This document shows, piece after piece, positions 1 to 9,381 of a DNA stretch of 64,000 nucleotides (position 1 is the first letter of the stretch; each line of letters begins with the position of its first letter). Position numbers and translations under genes: made by a program. The notes beneath the pieces are model-generated. The model ran no database searches and was not told the origin of the DNA. It worked only from the letters and a program-made list of their open reading frames with translations. The stretch is from positions 9,102 through 73,101 of the forward strand of contig JADHVF010000002.1 in assembly GCA_016784145.1 (NCBI GenBank), written 5' to 3'. Source of the stretch: Patescibacteria group bacterium (lineage in GTDB: Bacteria > Patescibacteriota > Patescibacteriia > UBA2591 > UBA6264).

Positions 1-289
1 CAAGGTTGCTTGGAGAAGGGATGTTAATGAAAGGAACTAGCAATAGATGGTAAAAAAAATGGTGGTCAACAAATAAGTTTTTATAGGTTGTGAATTGAAG
101 CCAGGGAAAATCCTGTATAATGCCCTGTTGTTTCATCATTAGGGCCATTTTTGTGTGGTAGAAGCTATCTGGTCCAATAATTCCAGGAGGAGTTAGAACA
201 TATAAGAAAATAATAAAACTAATGCTAAAAACTAAAAAATAGCTCAACCAAGGCCATTGTTTTATTCTTAAATTAATTTTTTTTATCAT
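1..289 (-). CDS. Partial membrane protein (runs off the window start), probable GT-C-fold glycosyltransferase-like
   Basis: Hand translation from ATG at 289: MIKKINLRIKQWPWLSYFLVFSISFIIFLYVLTPPGIIGPDSFYHTKMA...FPWLQF...DHHFFYHLLL. An N-terminal TM helix is followed by a DxxYH motif typical of the first external loop of GT-C enzymes. Not in the ORF track. Confidence 0.55.
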   Translation of the reverse strand, partial: MIKKINLRIKQWPWLSYFLVFSISFIIFLYVLTPPGIIGPDSFYHTKMALMMKQQGIIQDFPWLQFTTYKNLFVDHHFFYHLLLVPFINIPSPSNL

Positions 290-353
290 ATATTGATAAC
301 TCAATAATTATTACTGTGCTTGCCAAAGCTTTGTGCAGAGAAAGGATAATTGA

Positions 354-1385
354 TTATTTTTTGAACTCTTCTATGATTTTTACTGGAGATGGGTCTATTT
401 GGTTAAGAATTGATAAATAAAAACTTGTCCAATCAATTAACAAAATAGAGCATAGTAAATTGCCTAAAAGGTTATCACTAAAATCAGGAATTATTTCATA
501 TCTTATTTCTTGCTTGGTAATTATTTTTTTGAATTTCTTTAAAGATTCTTTTTTAATTGAATTAGCCCAAATTAAAAATATAATTTCATCTTTCATTCTC
601 CTTGGCTGATTACTAGTTATTGAATTATGAAAAATTTCTGGAGCATTTTCAAAAAAACAAAACATTTTGCTGTTTTCTGCTATTTGTGTCTTCATTCTTC
701 TAGCTAGGGCAGATACTTCTTCGCTTGAAATGATTACAGGTAAATGATCAAAAATACAATAGGCAAGATGTTTGGCCATATTTTTTTCAGTTGGTATTTT
801 TATTGAAAGGGATTTATTAAAAATTGTTAGTTTAGTTAATTCTTTAGTTATATTAAGGTCTAAATTATTTATTATTTTTAATTTTTTTAGAACAGATAAA
901 ATAGGCATAAACAAATAAGGCAAAGCTGTTCTAGGCAATAATTCGGGTTTTATTTTGAAAATATCAATTTTTTTTTCGCTGGCTAATTCTTTAAGATAAC
1001 CATTATGAGTTATTATAAATATATTTGTTTTTTGTTTAAAAGCTTGTTTTGCACAGGCTATTGTTTCGGCCGTGTTGCCAGAATAACTATTGATAAAAAT
1101 TAAGTCATTAGGCCCGACAGATTTAGGAATATTAAAGGAGCGATTTATTATGATTGTTTGTTTGATTTTTGATTTTAATAAGTTATTTATTAATTCACCT
1201 CCAATCCCAGAACCGCCCATTCCACATATAAAAATATTTTTAAAATTTTTCTTTTTATATGATATTTTAATTTTTTTAGACAAATTATAGGCATCCAGCC
1301 AAGTTGCAGGCATTTTAATTAAGTCATTAATCATATTTGATTTGTCTATTTGCTTTATTTTTTTTAAGTCGTCAATAATTGTCAT
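354..1385 (-). CDS. Bifunctional phosphoglucose/phosphomannose isomerase (SIS domains)
   Basis: GMGGSGIGG, SYSGNTAET, PRTALPY, ENSK and PEIFHN motifs. Confidence 0.9.
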   Translation of the reverse strand: MTIIDDLKKIKQIDKSNMINDLIKMPATWLDAYNLSKKIKISYKKKNFKNIFICGMGGSGIGGELINNLLKSKIKQTIIINRSFNIPKSVGPNDLIFINSYSGNTAETIACAKQAFKQKTNIFIITHNGYLKELASEKKIDIFKIKPELLPRTALPYLFMPILSVLKKLKIINNLDLNITKELTKLTIFNKSLSIKIPTEKNMAKHLAYCIFDHLPVIISSEEVSALARRMKTQIAENSKMFCFFENAPEIFHNSITSNQPRRMKDEIIFLIWANSIKKESLKKFKKIITKQEIRYEIIPDFSDNLLGNLLCSILLIDWTSFYLSILNQIDPSPVKIIEEFKK

Positions 1386-1479
1386 GCAATAACTATATCA
1401 AATTTTTCTATTTTTAGACAATAGACAAGCAGTTATTTTTTTGCTACCATACAGGCAGATAATAAAATAAGTAATAATT

Positions 1480-2196
1480 ATGAGTGGACATTCTAAGTGG
1501 CATAAAATAAAACACGCCAAAGGAGCTAGTGATGCAAAAAAAGGTGTATTGTTTACAAAATTAGGCAATGCTATTACTGTGGCAGCCAGAGAAGGAGGTG
1601 GGGACACAGAGGCTAACTTTAAGTTAAGGTTAACCATTGAAACAGCTAAAAAAGCAAATGTGCCTAATAAAAATATTGAGAGAGCTATTAAAAGAGGAAC
1701 AGGAGATACTGGCGATAAACAAATAGAAGAAGTAATTTATGAGGCCTTTGGTCCAGCCGGAGTAAAGATAATAATTCAAGCCCTAACTGACAATAGAAAC
1801 AGAACTATAAATAGTTTAAGAACAATTTTTAAAAAATACAAAGGAGGCATGGGAGAACCAAATACAGTACGATGGATGTTTGAACAAAAGGGAGTTATTA
1901 GAGTTGATAAGGATAAGATAAAAAACATGGACGAGGTTGAATTAATGGCCATTGACTTAGATGTTCAAGACATAGCTAAACAAGAAGATGAAGTTATTTT
2001 TTATACTAGTTCTGGGGATTTAGAAAAAATTAAAAAAGAATTAGAACAAAAAGCAGAAATAGGAGATGCTAGAATAGAGTTTGTGGCCAAGGACTTAATT
2101 AAAATTGATAAATCAATCCAATTAAAAATTGATTCCCTTTTAGCAGAAATAGAAGATGACCCAGACATAAGTGATTGTTACACTAATATAGAATAA
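1480..2196 (+). CDS. yebC: YebC/PmpR family protein
   Basis: MSGHSKWHKIKHAKG start, YEAFGPAG and LTDNRNRT motifs; adjacent to ruvC. Confidence 0.97.
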   Translation: MSGHSKWHKIKHAKGASDAKKGVLFTKLGNAITVAAREGGGDTEANFKLRLTIETAKKANVPNKNIERAIKRGTGDTGDKQIEEVIYEAFGPAGVKIIIQALTDNRNRTINSLRTIFKKYKGGMGEPNTVRWMFEQKGVIRVDKDKIKNMDEVELMAIDLDVQDIAKQEDEVIFYTSSGDLEKIKKELEQKAEIGDARIEFVAKDLIKIDKSIQLKIDSLLAEIEDDPDISDCYTNIE

Positions 2197-2199
2197 TAT

Positions 2200-2679
2200 A
2201 TGATTATACTTGGAATTGACCCAGGCATAGCCACGACAGGATATGGTCTGATTAATTTTTCCGAAGACAATAAGCTTGCTTTGGTTGATTATGGAACGAT
2301 CAAGACGCCTTCTAAAAAGGAATTTCCATTAAGATTACTTGATATATATAATGAATTAGAAGGGATAATAAAAAAATACAATCCTGACAAGATAGGAATA
2401 GAAAATATATATTTTGCTAAAAATGTTAAAACAGCTATAAATGTTGGGCAAGCAAGAGGGGTGCTTATCTTGGTTTCAGCTAGAACAAAGGCAGAAATTT
2501 TAGAGATTACTCCATTACAAGTAAAGCAAGGAATTACGGGATATGGCCAAGCATCTAAACAGCAAGTTCAGAAAATGGTCAAATTGGTTCTTGGTTTGGA
2601 CAAGGTTCCTAGACCAGATGATGCAGCCGATGCTTTGGCGATTGCAATTGTCTGTTCACAGAGAAAAACGTTCAATTAA
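2200..2679 (+). CDS. ruvC: Holliday junction resolvase RuvC
   Basis: ILGIDPG, GQARGV and PDDAADALAIA motifs. Confidence 0.97.
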   Translation: MIILGIDPGIATTGYGLINFSEDNKLALVDYGTIKTPSKKEFPLRLLDIYNELEGIIKKYNPDKIGIENIYFAKNVKTAINVGQARGVLILVSARTKAEILEITPLQVKQGITGYGQASKQQVQKMVKLVLGLDKVPRPDDAADALAIAIVCSQRKTFN

Positions 2680-2688
2680 AAGGTATGT

Positions 2689-4161
2689 ATGGAAAAGAAA
2701 TTAAATATTATTCATTTATCTTCTGAAATATCTCCGTATTCAAAAACAGGAGGCCTGGCAGATGTTACTAGGTCGTTGCCTAGATCATTAAAGCGACTAG
2801 GACATAATGTTGCAGTAATTACGCCATATTACGGCTTTATTAGAAGAAAAAAATGGAAGGTAATTAATTTAGAACAAAAAATATCAGTAAGTTTTGCTGG
2901 TATTATTTATAAATTTGGAATTAAAAAAATCATTTGTCCGGACAAATATCCGGTTTTTTTTATTTGTCAGAATAAATTATTTGAATCTGTTGGTAGTCGC
3001 AATGTGTATAACTATTCAGATAAAGCTTTAAAGTATTTACTATTTAGTTTAGCTAGCATTGAGTTAATAAAAGTATTAAAATTAAATCCAAACATTATTC
3101 ATTGTCATGACTGGCACACTGGTTTGGTCCCAAATTATTTAAAATTAAAATATAACAAGGATTTGCTTTTTAAAAATATTCCTGTCATTTTTACAATTCA
3201 TAATTTACTATATCAAGGACCTGAGGATTGGTGGAATACACCTTTAAATAAATTGGATAATGGCCAAGGAATCCCAGCAGAAGATGAGGAAGAAATAAAA
3301 CATCTTAATTTTGTAAAAAGGGGAGTTATTTATTCTGACATTATAAATACTGTCAGCATGCGCTATGCTAAAGAAATTTTAACTCCTGAATTTGGTTGTA
3401 AGTTGGAGAAAGATTTACAAGCAAGAGAAAAAGATCTTTACGGGATTATAAATGGAGTTGATTACAATATCTTTAATCCTAAGTTTGATAAAAATATTTA
3501 TGTTAATTATGGAGCTAATTCATTACAAAACAAAACAAGTAATAAATTATATTTGCAAAAAAAATATAAATTAAAAGTTGATCCAAGTATTCCCTTAATT
3601 GGCATGGCTAACAGATTAACAGAACAAAAAGGATTTAGGTTAATAGTTAAGATTTTGGATTATTTGTTAAAATCAGATATTCAGGTAGCTATTATTGGAA
3701 GCGGAGGAAGCAGATACAAGGGTATTTTTAAAAAACAAGCAGCCAAATATCCCAAAAAATTATTATTTATTACACCCTTTAAAGAAGATGTTGGTAGAAA
3801 GGTTTATGCTGCTTCTGATATTTATTTAATGCCATCAAGGTTTGAGCCCTGTGGAATATCTCAGTTAATAAGCTTAAGGTATGGGTCAATTCCAATTGTT
3901 CACGAAGTTGGTGGACTAATGGACACCATAGTTGATTATAATCCTGAGACAGGCAAGGGAAATGGTTTTGTTTTTAATTCATATACATCAAGAGATTTAT
4001 TGTTTGCCATTGCCAGAGCTGTTGAAAATTACAAGCATAAAAAAGAGTGGAAAAAACTTGTTCGCGTTGCAATGAAGGAGTCCTATTCATGGAAAATCCC
4101 CGCACAAAAATATATTGGATTATATAGGAGGGCTATAAAACAAAGACATGAATTGGGTTAA
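2689..4161 (+). CDS. glgA: Glycogen synthase (GT5)
   Basis: KTGGLADV, IHCHDWHTG, GIINGVD and MPSRFEPCGISQL motifs. Confidence 0.93.
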   Translation: MEKKLNIIHLSSEISPYSKTGGLADVTRSLPRSLKRLGHNVAVITPYYGFIRRKKWKVINLEQKISVSFAGIIYKFGIKKIICPDKYPVFFICQNKLFESVGSRNVYNYSDKALKYLLFSLASIELIKVLKLNPNIIHCHDWHTGLVPNYLKLKYNKDLLFKNIPVIFTIHNLLYQGPEDWWNTPLNKLDNGQGIPAEDEEEIKHLNFVKRGVIYSDIINTVSMRYAKEILTPEFGCKLEKDLQAREKDLYGIINGVDYNIFNPKFDKNIYVNYGANSLQNKTSNKLYLQKKYKLKVDPSIPLIGMANRLTEQKGFRLIVKILDYLLKSDIQVAIIGSGGSRYKGIFKKQAAKYPKKLLFITPFKEDVGRKVYAASDIYLMPSRFEPCGISQLISLRYGSIPIVHEVGGLMDTIVDYNPETGKGNGFVFNSYTSRDLLFAIARAVENYKHKKEWKKLVRVAMKESYSWKIPAQKYIGLYRRAIKQRHELG

Positions 4162-5236
4162 TTTATTACATATTTATCAGCCATTTTGGCAAACTAGAGA
4201 AATTTTAGATAAGGTTGTAGAACAATCATACAAAAAGATTTTGTTTGTTTTAGAAAATAATTCAAGTACAAAAGTTAATATAAATATTTGTGCTGGACTA
4301 ACAGAACAATTGATTGTTAATGGATATGATGAGATTGTGGATAGATTAAAAAAATTAGCCATTAAGGGGCAAATTGAATTTGTTGATTCCGCTAAATATC
4401 ATCCTATTTTGCCTCTTTTGCCAACCAAGGAAATTATTAGACAAATAAAACTTAATAATAGTTTTAATAAAAAATATTTTGGAAAAACATATAATCCAAC
4501 AGGTTTTTTTCTCCCAGAATTAGCTTATAGTAAAAAAACAGCTAGAATTATCAAATCCTTGGGATATAAATGGATTATATTAGATGAAATTGCTTATAAT
4601 AATAGTTTTGGAGAGGTTTGCTTTGACCAACAATATTTTTTAAGAGATTTTTTTGATAAACAACATCAACCTTTTAAAATAATTTTTAGAAACAGAGGTC
4701 TCAGTTTGTTATTTTTTCATAAATGGCTTGATTCAGTTGAGAAATTTTGGCAAGCAGTTAATCAAGACATTCGCTCAAGTGAGTTTTTGGTTACAGCTTT
4801 TGATGGAGAAAGTTTAGGGCATCATCAGGCAATTTTGATTGATGTTTGGGAAAATATTTTAAAAGATAATAGAATTAAAACTATCTTTTTTTCAGAATAT
4901 TTAAAGCAATTGAATAATAAACAGGTAAACAAAATTGTTCCAATAAAATCTAGTTGGTCGACAGAAATTGATGATATAAAAAAAGATAGACCATATCCTT
5001 TGTGGGACAACAACCAAAACAAGTTACATCAACTGCAATGGAAAATTACTTATTTGGTTTTAAATATTGTTAAAAATTCAAGAGATAATCCAAACCATAA
5101 GCAAGCTAGGGACATGTTAGATAAGGCACTGCATTCTGACCAGTATTGGTGGGCATCTGCTAACCCTTGGTGGAGTAAAAGTCCAATCAAAAAAGGATTA
5201 AATCAGTTTGAAGAAATTATTAAATTATTAATATGA
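4148..5236 (+). CDS. Glycoside hydrolase family 57 protein
   Basis: N-terminal HIYQP, YHPILPLL, nucleophile region FFLPELAY, acid/base region DGESLGHH, SDQYWW. Confidence 0.85.
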   Translation: MNWVNLLHIYQPFWQTREILDKVVEQSYKKILFVLENNSSTKVNINICAGLTEQLIVNGYDEIVDRLKKLAIKGQIEFVDSAKYHPILPLLPTKEIIRQIKLNNSFNKKYFGKTYNPTGFFLPELAYSKKTARIIKSLGYKWIILDEIAYNNSFGEVCFDQQYFLRDFFDKQHQPFKIIFRNRGLSLLFFHKWLDSVEKFWQAVNQDIRSSEFLVTAFDGESLGHHQAILIDVWENILKDNRIKTIFFSEYLKQLNNKQVNKIVPIKSSWSTEIDDIKKDRPYPLWDNNQNKLHQLQWKITYLVLNIVKNSRDNPNHKQARDMLDKALHSDQYWWASANPWWSKSPIKKGLNQFEEIIKLLI

Positions 5237-7212
5237 AATGGTCATTTTTTTTACATTTTTATCAACCATATAATCAACAAAAAGATATTTTAGAAAGAGT
5301 TGTTAACGAGAGTTATAGAAAAATTTTGTTAGGGTTGGCTAGAAATCCTAGCATGAAATTAAATCTCAATATAAATGCAGGGTTAACTGAGTTATTAGCT
5401 AAAAATGGTTATAATGATATAATTGAACAAATTAAAGATTGTGCTATTAAAGGACAAATTGAATTTGTTGGTTCAGCAAAATATCACCCCTTTTTGCCTC
5501 TTTTGCCGGTTAAAGAAATTAAAAGACAAATTGACATTAACACTAAAACAAATAAAAAATATTTTGGAAAAGTTTATAATCCAGTAGGATTTTTTTCTCC
5601 AGAAATGGCTTATAATACCAAGGTTGGCAAAGCAATTAGACAAGCAGGGTTTGATTGGGTTTTATTAGAAGAATTATCTGCTTTAGAGAAGCAAAAATTC
5701 CAAAAAATATATAAAATAAAAGATGTTAAAAATCTCAAGGTTGTTTTTAGGGACAAGAGGGCAAGTAATTTGATTTTGTCAGCAATTACTAGAAATATGG
5801 AATCTTTTATTAGTGAGTTTGGTCACGAAGAAATAAATAAAAATCGCTACCTTTTAACATTAATGGATGCAGAAACTTTTGGTCATCATCGACCAGGTTT
5901 AGAGAAATTCCTTTTTGAGATTTATGAAGATAAACAAATTAGCAAGGTTTTTATTTCTAAATTAATAAAAGAATTTTCTGTAAATGAAAAAATTAAAATT
6001 AGACCTAGTACTTGGTCTGCAGAAGAGCAAGATTTTTGGCTTAAAAAAGAAAAAAAACATTCTTTTAGTTTATGGTCTGACCCCAAAAATCCAATTCATA
6101 AGCTTCAGTGGGATTTTACTTATTTTGTGATAGAATTGGTAAATAAAGCTTCCAAAAAACAGAAGCATTACAAAAAAACAAGAATGTTATTAGACAAGGC
6201 ATTGCATTCCGACCAGTATTGGTGGGCATCTGCTAGACCTTGGTGGTCTTTAGAAATGATAGAGCAAGGAGCATTTGATTTAAAAAAGGTGGTTTTATCA
6301 ATTACAGCCATCCCTAAAAACAAGCAAGCAATAGCAGAAGATTATTATAATCAGATTTTAGGGTTGGCCTTTAAATGGCAAAGACAGGGGAAAATTCGCA
6401 ATGCTTACAGAGAGGAATATAAAACATTAAAACAAAAATCTTTTAAGAAAAGAGTTTTGGCTGGTCAATTTAATTCAATGATTTTAGAATTTGAAGACGA
6501 GATGAACAAGGCAATTAAAAATAAGGAATTTGAAAAAGCGATTAAATGGAGGGATGCCATTTATAAATTAAAAGCAGATACAGACATATTTGATGTTTTA
6601 CATGTTGTTGATGATTTGGCTAATCATAGAAACTTGCCATCATTAAAAGATTATTGGGAATATGATGTTCAAGATTTTTCAAAATTCGCAAAAGAGAATT
6701 TTGTTAGTTTTAATGAGAAAAAATTTCAAACCAAACAACCAAAACAACTTTTTGATGAAATAAAATTAGCATTTTTAAAAAAAGAAGAATCTCATCCCTT
6801 GGGCTTTTTTAGAGACAAGTATAATGTTTTTCATATTTGTGAGGTTCCATCTAATTATATCGAATATTATGTTGGTACAAAAATATGGGATGCAATGAGC
6901 TTGTTAAAGTTTAAAAAACACAAAAAATATCATAGTCAGGGGCAGTGTGATTATGAATATTTTAATAATAAACTTAAAATAACAATCAATGCTCAGAGTT
7001 TATTGAATAAATTTTTAATATTATTAAAACAAAGCGATATTAGTCAGGGTAAATATTTAAAAGTAGCTGTTTTATGTGAAAAAAATCAATATAAACCAAT
7101 ATTTTTTTCAAAAAATAAACAAAATCAACTGATTGCGATTGTTCCATATAAGTATTCATCCAAGGGAGTAGGCATAAAATATAAAATATTTAATTGGGTT
7201 TCCAAAAAATAA
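5233..7212 (+). CDS. GH57 protein with UVR-like coiled coil and C-terminal extension
   Basis: HFYQP, FFSPEMAY, DAETFGHH and SDQYWW motifs; EMNKAIKNKEFEKAIKWRD resembles the UvrB/UvrC motif. Confidence 0.82.
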   Translation: MKWSFFLHFYQPYNQQKDILERVVNESYRKILLGLARNPSMKLNLNINAGLTELLAKNGYNDIIEQIKDCAIKGQIEFVGSAKYHPFLPLLPVKEIKRQIDINTKTNKKYFGKVYNPVGFFSPEMAYNTKVGKAIRQAGFDWVLLEELSALEKQKFQKIYKIKDVKNLKVVFRDKRASNLILSAITRNMESFISEFGHEEINKNRYLLTLMDAETFGHHRPGLEKFLFEIYEDKQISKVFISKLIKEFSVNEKIKIRPSTWSAEEQDFWLKKEKKHSFSLWSDPKNPIHKLQWDFTYFVIELVNKASKKQKHYKKTRMLLDKALHSDQYWWASARPWWSLEMIEQGAFDLKKVVLSITAIPKNKQAIAEDYYNQILGLAFKWQRQGKIRNAYREEYKTLKQKSFKKRVLAGQFNSMILEFEDEMNKAIKNKEFEKAIKWRDAIYKLKADTDIFDVLHVVDDLANHRNLPSLKDYWEYDVQDFSKFAKENFVSFNEKKFQTKQPKQLFDEIKLAFLKKEESHPLGFFRDKYNVFHICEVPSNYIEYYVGTKIWDAMSLLKFKKHKKYHSQGQCDYEYFNNKLKITINAQSLLNKFLILLKQSDISQGKYLKVAVLCEKNQYKPIFFSKNKQNQLIAIVPYKYSSKGVGIKYKIFNWVSKK

Positions 7213-7214
7213 TT

Positions 7215-8234
7215 ATGATTTTTATTAAATTAAAAAATAAAATAAATATAAAGAAAACGATTAATAAAGAATATATGTTTTCTTTTTTTAAAGAAAATAA
7301 AAATAAATTTTTAAATAAGCAAGAAAAAATTTTAAAAATAAAAATTTATTTAAATAGAAATTTTATGGGCAAGTTTAGAAATATAAGCTTGGTTTATAAA
7401 ATAACAACTAATAAGCGAAATATAAGAATTAGAGCTAGAGCACATAATAATAAAGATATTCCTTTTAGGGATTATAAATCAATAAAATGGTTAAGGGATA
7501 ATAATATAAATAATGTTCCTATTCCCTTGTATTATGACAAATCATTAAATATATTTTTTTATAAAGAATCTCCAGGTCAATCTTTTGAACGATTATTTAA
7601 TGATAAAAATCCTGAAATTTATTTAGATTTTTCTCTTAAAATAGCTGATTTTTTAAGGAAAATGCATAAAATTTCTAGAAAACCAGATTTTTTGCCTATA
7701 AAGACAAGAAAACAGGATATAAAAGAAAGGAGACATTGGTTTTTTTTAACAAAAAAATGCTGTCCAAAAGTTTATCCATTTTTTAGAAAGACATTAAAAG
7801 GCCTCTGGACAGTTAATCAAAAGAATTTAAAGTTTTTTGATAATAATGAGTTTAGATTTGTTCACGGAGATGTTCATTGGGGCAATGTGATTAAAAACAA
7901 AGATGATTTTAGTGTTATTGATTTTTGTTGGGGTTCATGGGCCCACCCATTAGAAGATGTTGCTTGTTTTTTAGCTCAAAATGATTCAATGTTTCGTTAT
8001 TATATGAGTGACTTCTTGGGTTGGCGAAAGAAAATAAGAGATGTTTTTATAAAAAAATATTTTAAAAATAATTTAACCCATCAAGAGGAATTTTTGTTGA
8101 CTTATTTTGAGATTCAAAAAATATTAGAGATGGCCGCCATTCATTGCTTTGTAGAAGGAAATAAGGACAATAAAATAAATGGAGCTAATACATTGATAAC
8201 CAGGGCTAGTAAAAAATTAAAACAAATATTATAA
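7215..8234 (+). CDS. Aminoglycoside/choline phosphotransferase (APH) family kinase
   Basis: Brenner-type motif HGDVHWGN followed by IDF; ATG at 7215 just after the GH57 stop is the likelier start. Confidence 0.75.
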   Translation: MIFIKLKNKINIKKTINKEYMFSFFKENKNKFLNKQEKILKIKIYLNRNFMGKFRNISLVYKITTNKRNIRIRARAHNNKDIPFRDYKSIKWLRDNNINNVPIPLYYDKSLNIFFYKESPGQSFERLFNDKNPEIYLDFSLKIADFLRKMHKISRKPDFLPIKTRKQDIKERRHWFFLTKKCCPKVYPFFRKTLKGLWTVNQKNLKFFDNNEFRFVHGDVHWGNVIKNKDDFSVIDFCWGSWAHPLEDVACFLAQNDSMFRYYMSDFLGWRKKIRDVFIKKYFKNNLTHQEEFLLTYFEIQKILEMAAIHCFVEGNKDNKINGANTLITRASKKLKQIL

Positions 8235-8242
8235 TACATTAT

Positions 8243-9112
8243 ATGATTGATTTACACTTACATTCATATTATTCAGATGGAGTTTTTTCTCCAAAAGAAA
8301 TTGCAATTAAGGCCAAGCAAAATGGCCTTTCTTTTGTTTGTCTGACAGACCATAACAGCATTGACGGGCTTGAAGAGTTTGCAGTGGCTTGCCATGCAAA
8401 TAAGTTAAAATTCATTTCAGGAATAGAAATTTATAGTCATTACAAAGGCAAGCACATACATTTTTTAGGGTATAATTTTGATGTTCATAATAAGAAAATA
8501 AAATCAACTTTTAAAAACTTACAAAAAAAACATATTATTCAAATAAAAAAAACAATTAAAATTTTAAAAAACAATGGTTGGAAAATAAAAAACACAGATA
8601 TATTAGATAATAAATCTGCTTATATTGGTTCTGTTCATCTGGCTGAAGCGCTCAAAAATAATCGAGATAATTGGGAAAGGATAAAACAGGATTTTGGCTG
8701 GACAAAAGGCATGATTATTCCCATTACTGAGATTATAAATAAATATTTATTTCAAGAATACGGCAGAATTTATAAAGAAGCTGAAATACCAGTTAGGCAG
8801 GCAATCAAGTTAATTAAAACTGCTGGCGGAACAATTGTTTTGGCACACCCAGGGCAACATTTTTTTTGGCATGAAGATGATATTGTTTTAGAGTTAAAAA
8901 GCATGGGACTTGATGGCATAGAGGCAATAAGCTCACATCATTCGTGGGCTGAAATGGAGCATTGGCAAAAATTTGCCAAGCAAAACAAATTAATTATTAC
9001 AATTGGCAGTGATTTTCACGGACATGTTCCAAAAGAATGGGGGTTTGTTGTTAATAGTCCATGGGATTATTTTAAAATAACTAATCATCCAGATTTTACT
9101 AAAATATTTTAA
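8243..9112 (+). CDS. PHP-domain metal-dependent phosphoesterase (YciV/TrpH-like)
   Basis: DLHLHSYYSDG, LTDHN, LAHPG and GSDFHG motifs. Confidence 0.9.
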   Translation: MIDLHLHSYYSDGVFSPKEIAIKAKQNGLSFVCLTDHNSIDGLEEFAVACHANKLKFISGIEIYSHYKGKHIHFLGYNFDVHNKKIKSTFKNLQKKHIIQIKKTIKILKNNGWKIKNTDILDNKSAYIGSVHLAEALKNNRDNWERIKQDFGWTKGMIIPITEIINKYLFQEYGRIYKEAEIPVRQAIKLIKTAGGTIVLAHPGQHFFWHEDDIVLELKSMGLDGIEAISSHHSWAEMEHWQKFAKQNKLIITIGSDFHGHVPKEWGFVVNSPWDYFKITNHPDFTKIF

Positions 9113-9125
9113 GTGTTTTAGTTAT

Positions 9126-9164
9126 AAAAGAGCCCTCTTTTTTGCTTAGGGCCCCTTTTTTTTT
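9126..9164 (+). terminator. Probable intrinsic terminator after the PHP gene
   Basis: AAAAGAGCCCT...AGGGCCCCTTTTTTTTT imperfect stem followed by a U tract. Confidence 0.55.
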
Positions 9165-9381
9165 ACTTAGAGGCCTTGCCCCTAAGTAGAGTCACTTAGA
9201 GGCCTTGCCCCTAAGTAGAGTGCTAATCAGTAATCAGTAATTATTTACTTAGAGGCCTTGCCCCTAAGTAGAGTGCTAATCAGTAATCAGTAATTAATAT
9301 CTACTTAGAGGCCTTACCCCTAAGTAGAGTTACTTAGAGGCCTTGCCCCTAAGTAGAGTGCTAATCAGTAATCAGTAATTA
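9165..9381. repeat. Composite array: five copies of the 23-bp palindrome ACTTAGAGGCCTTGCCCCTAAGT with AGAGT and (TAATCAG)n linkers (REP/BIME-like)
   Basis: Copies start at 9165, 9194, 9247, 9303 (one G>A) and 9332; 10-bp stem with one mismatch and a CTT loop; lies between convergent genes. Confidence 0.92.

Noticed and set aside
9165-9381. CRISPR array
   Set aside because: Inter-repeat segments are 6-33 bp, repeat each other and are low-complexity. There are no cas genes, and the same repeat occurs inside a CDS.
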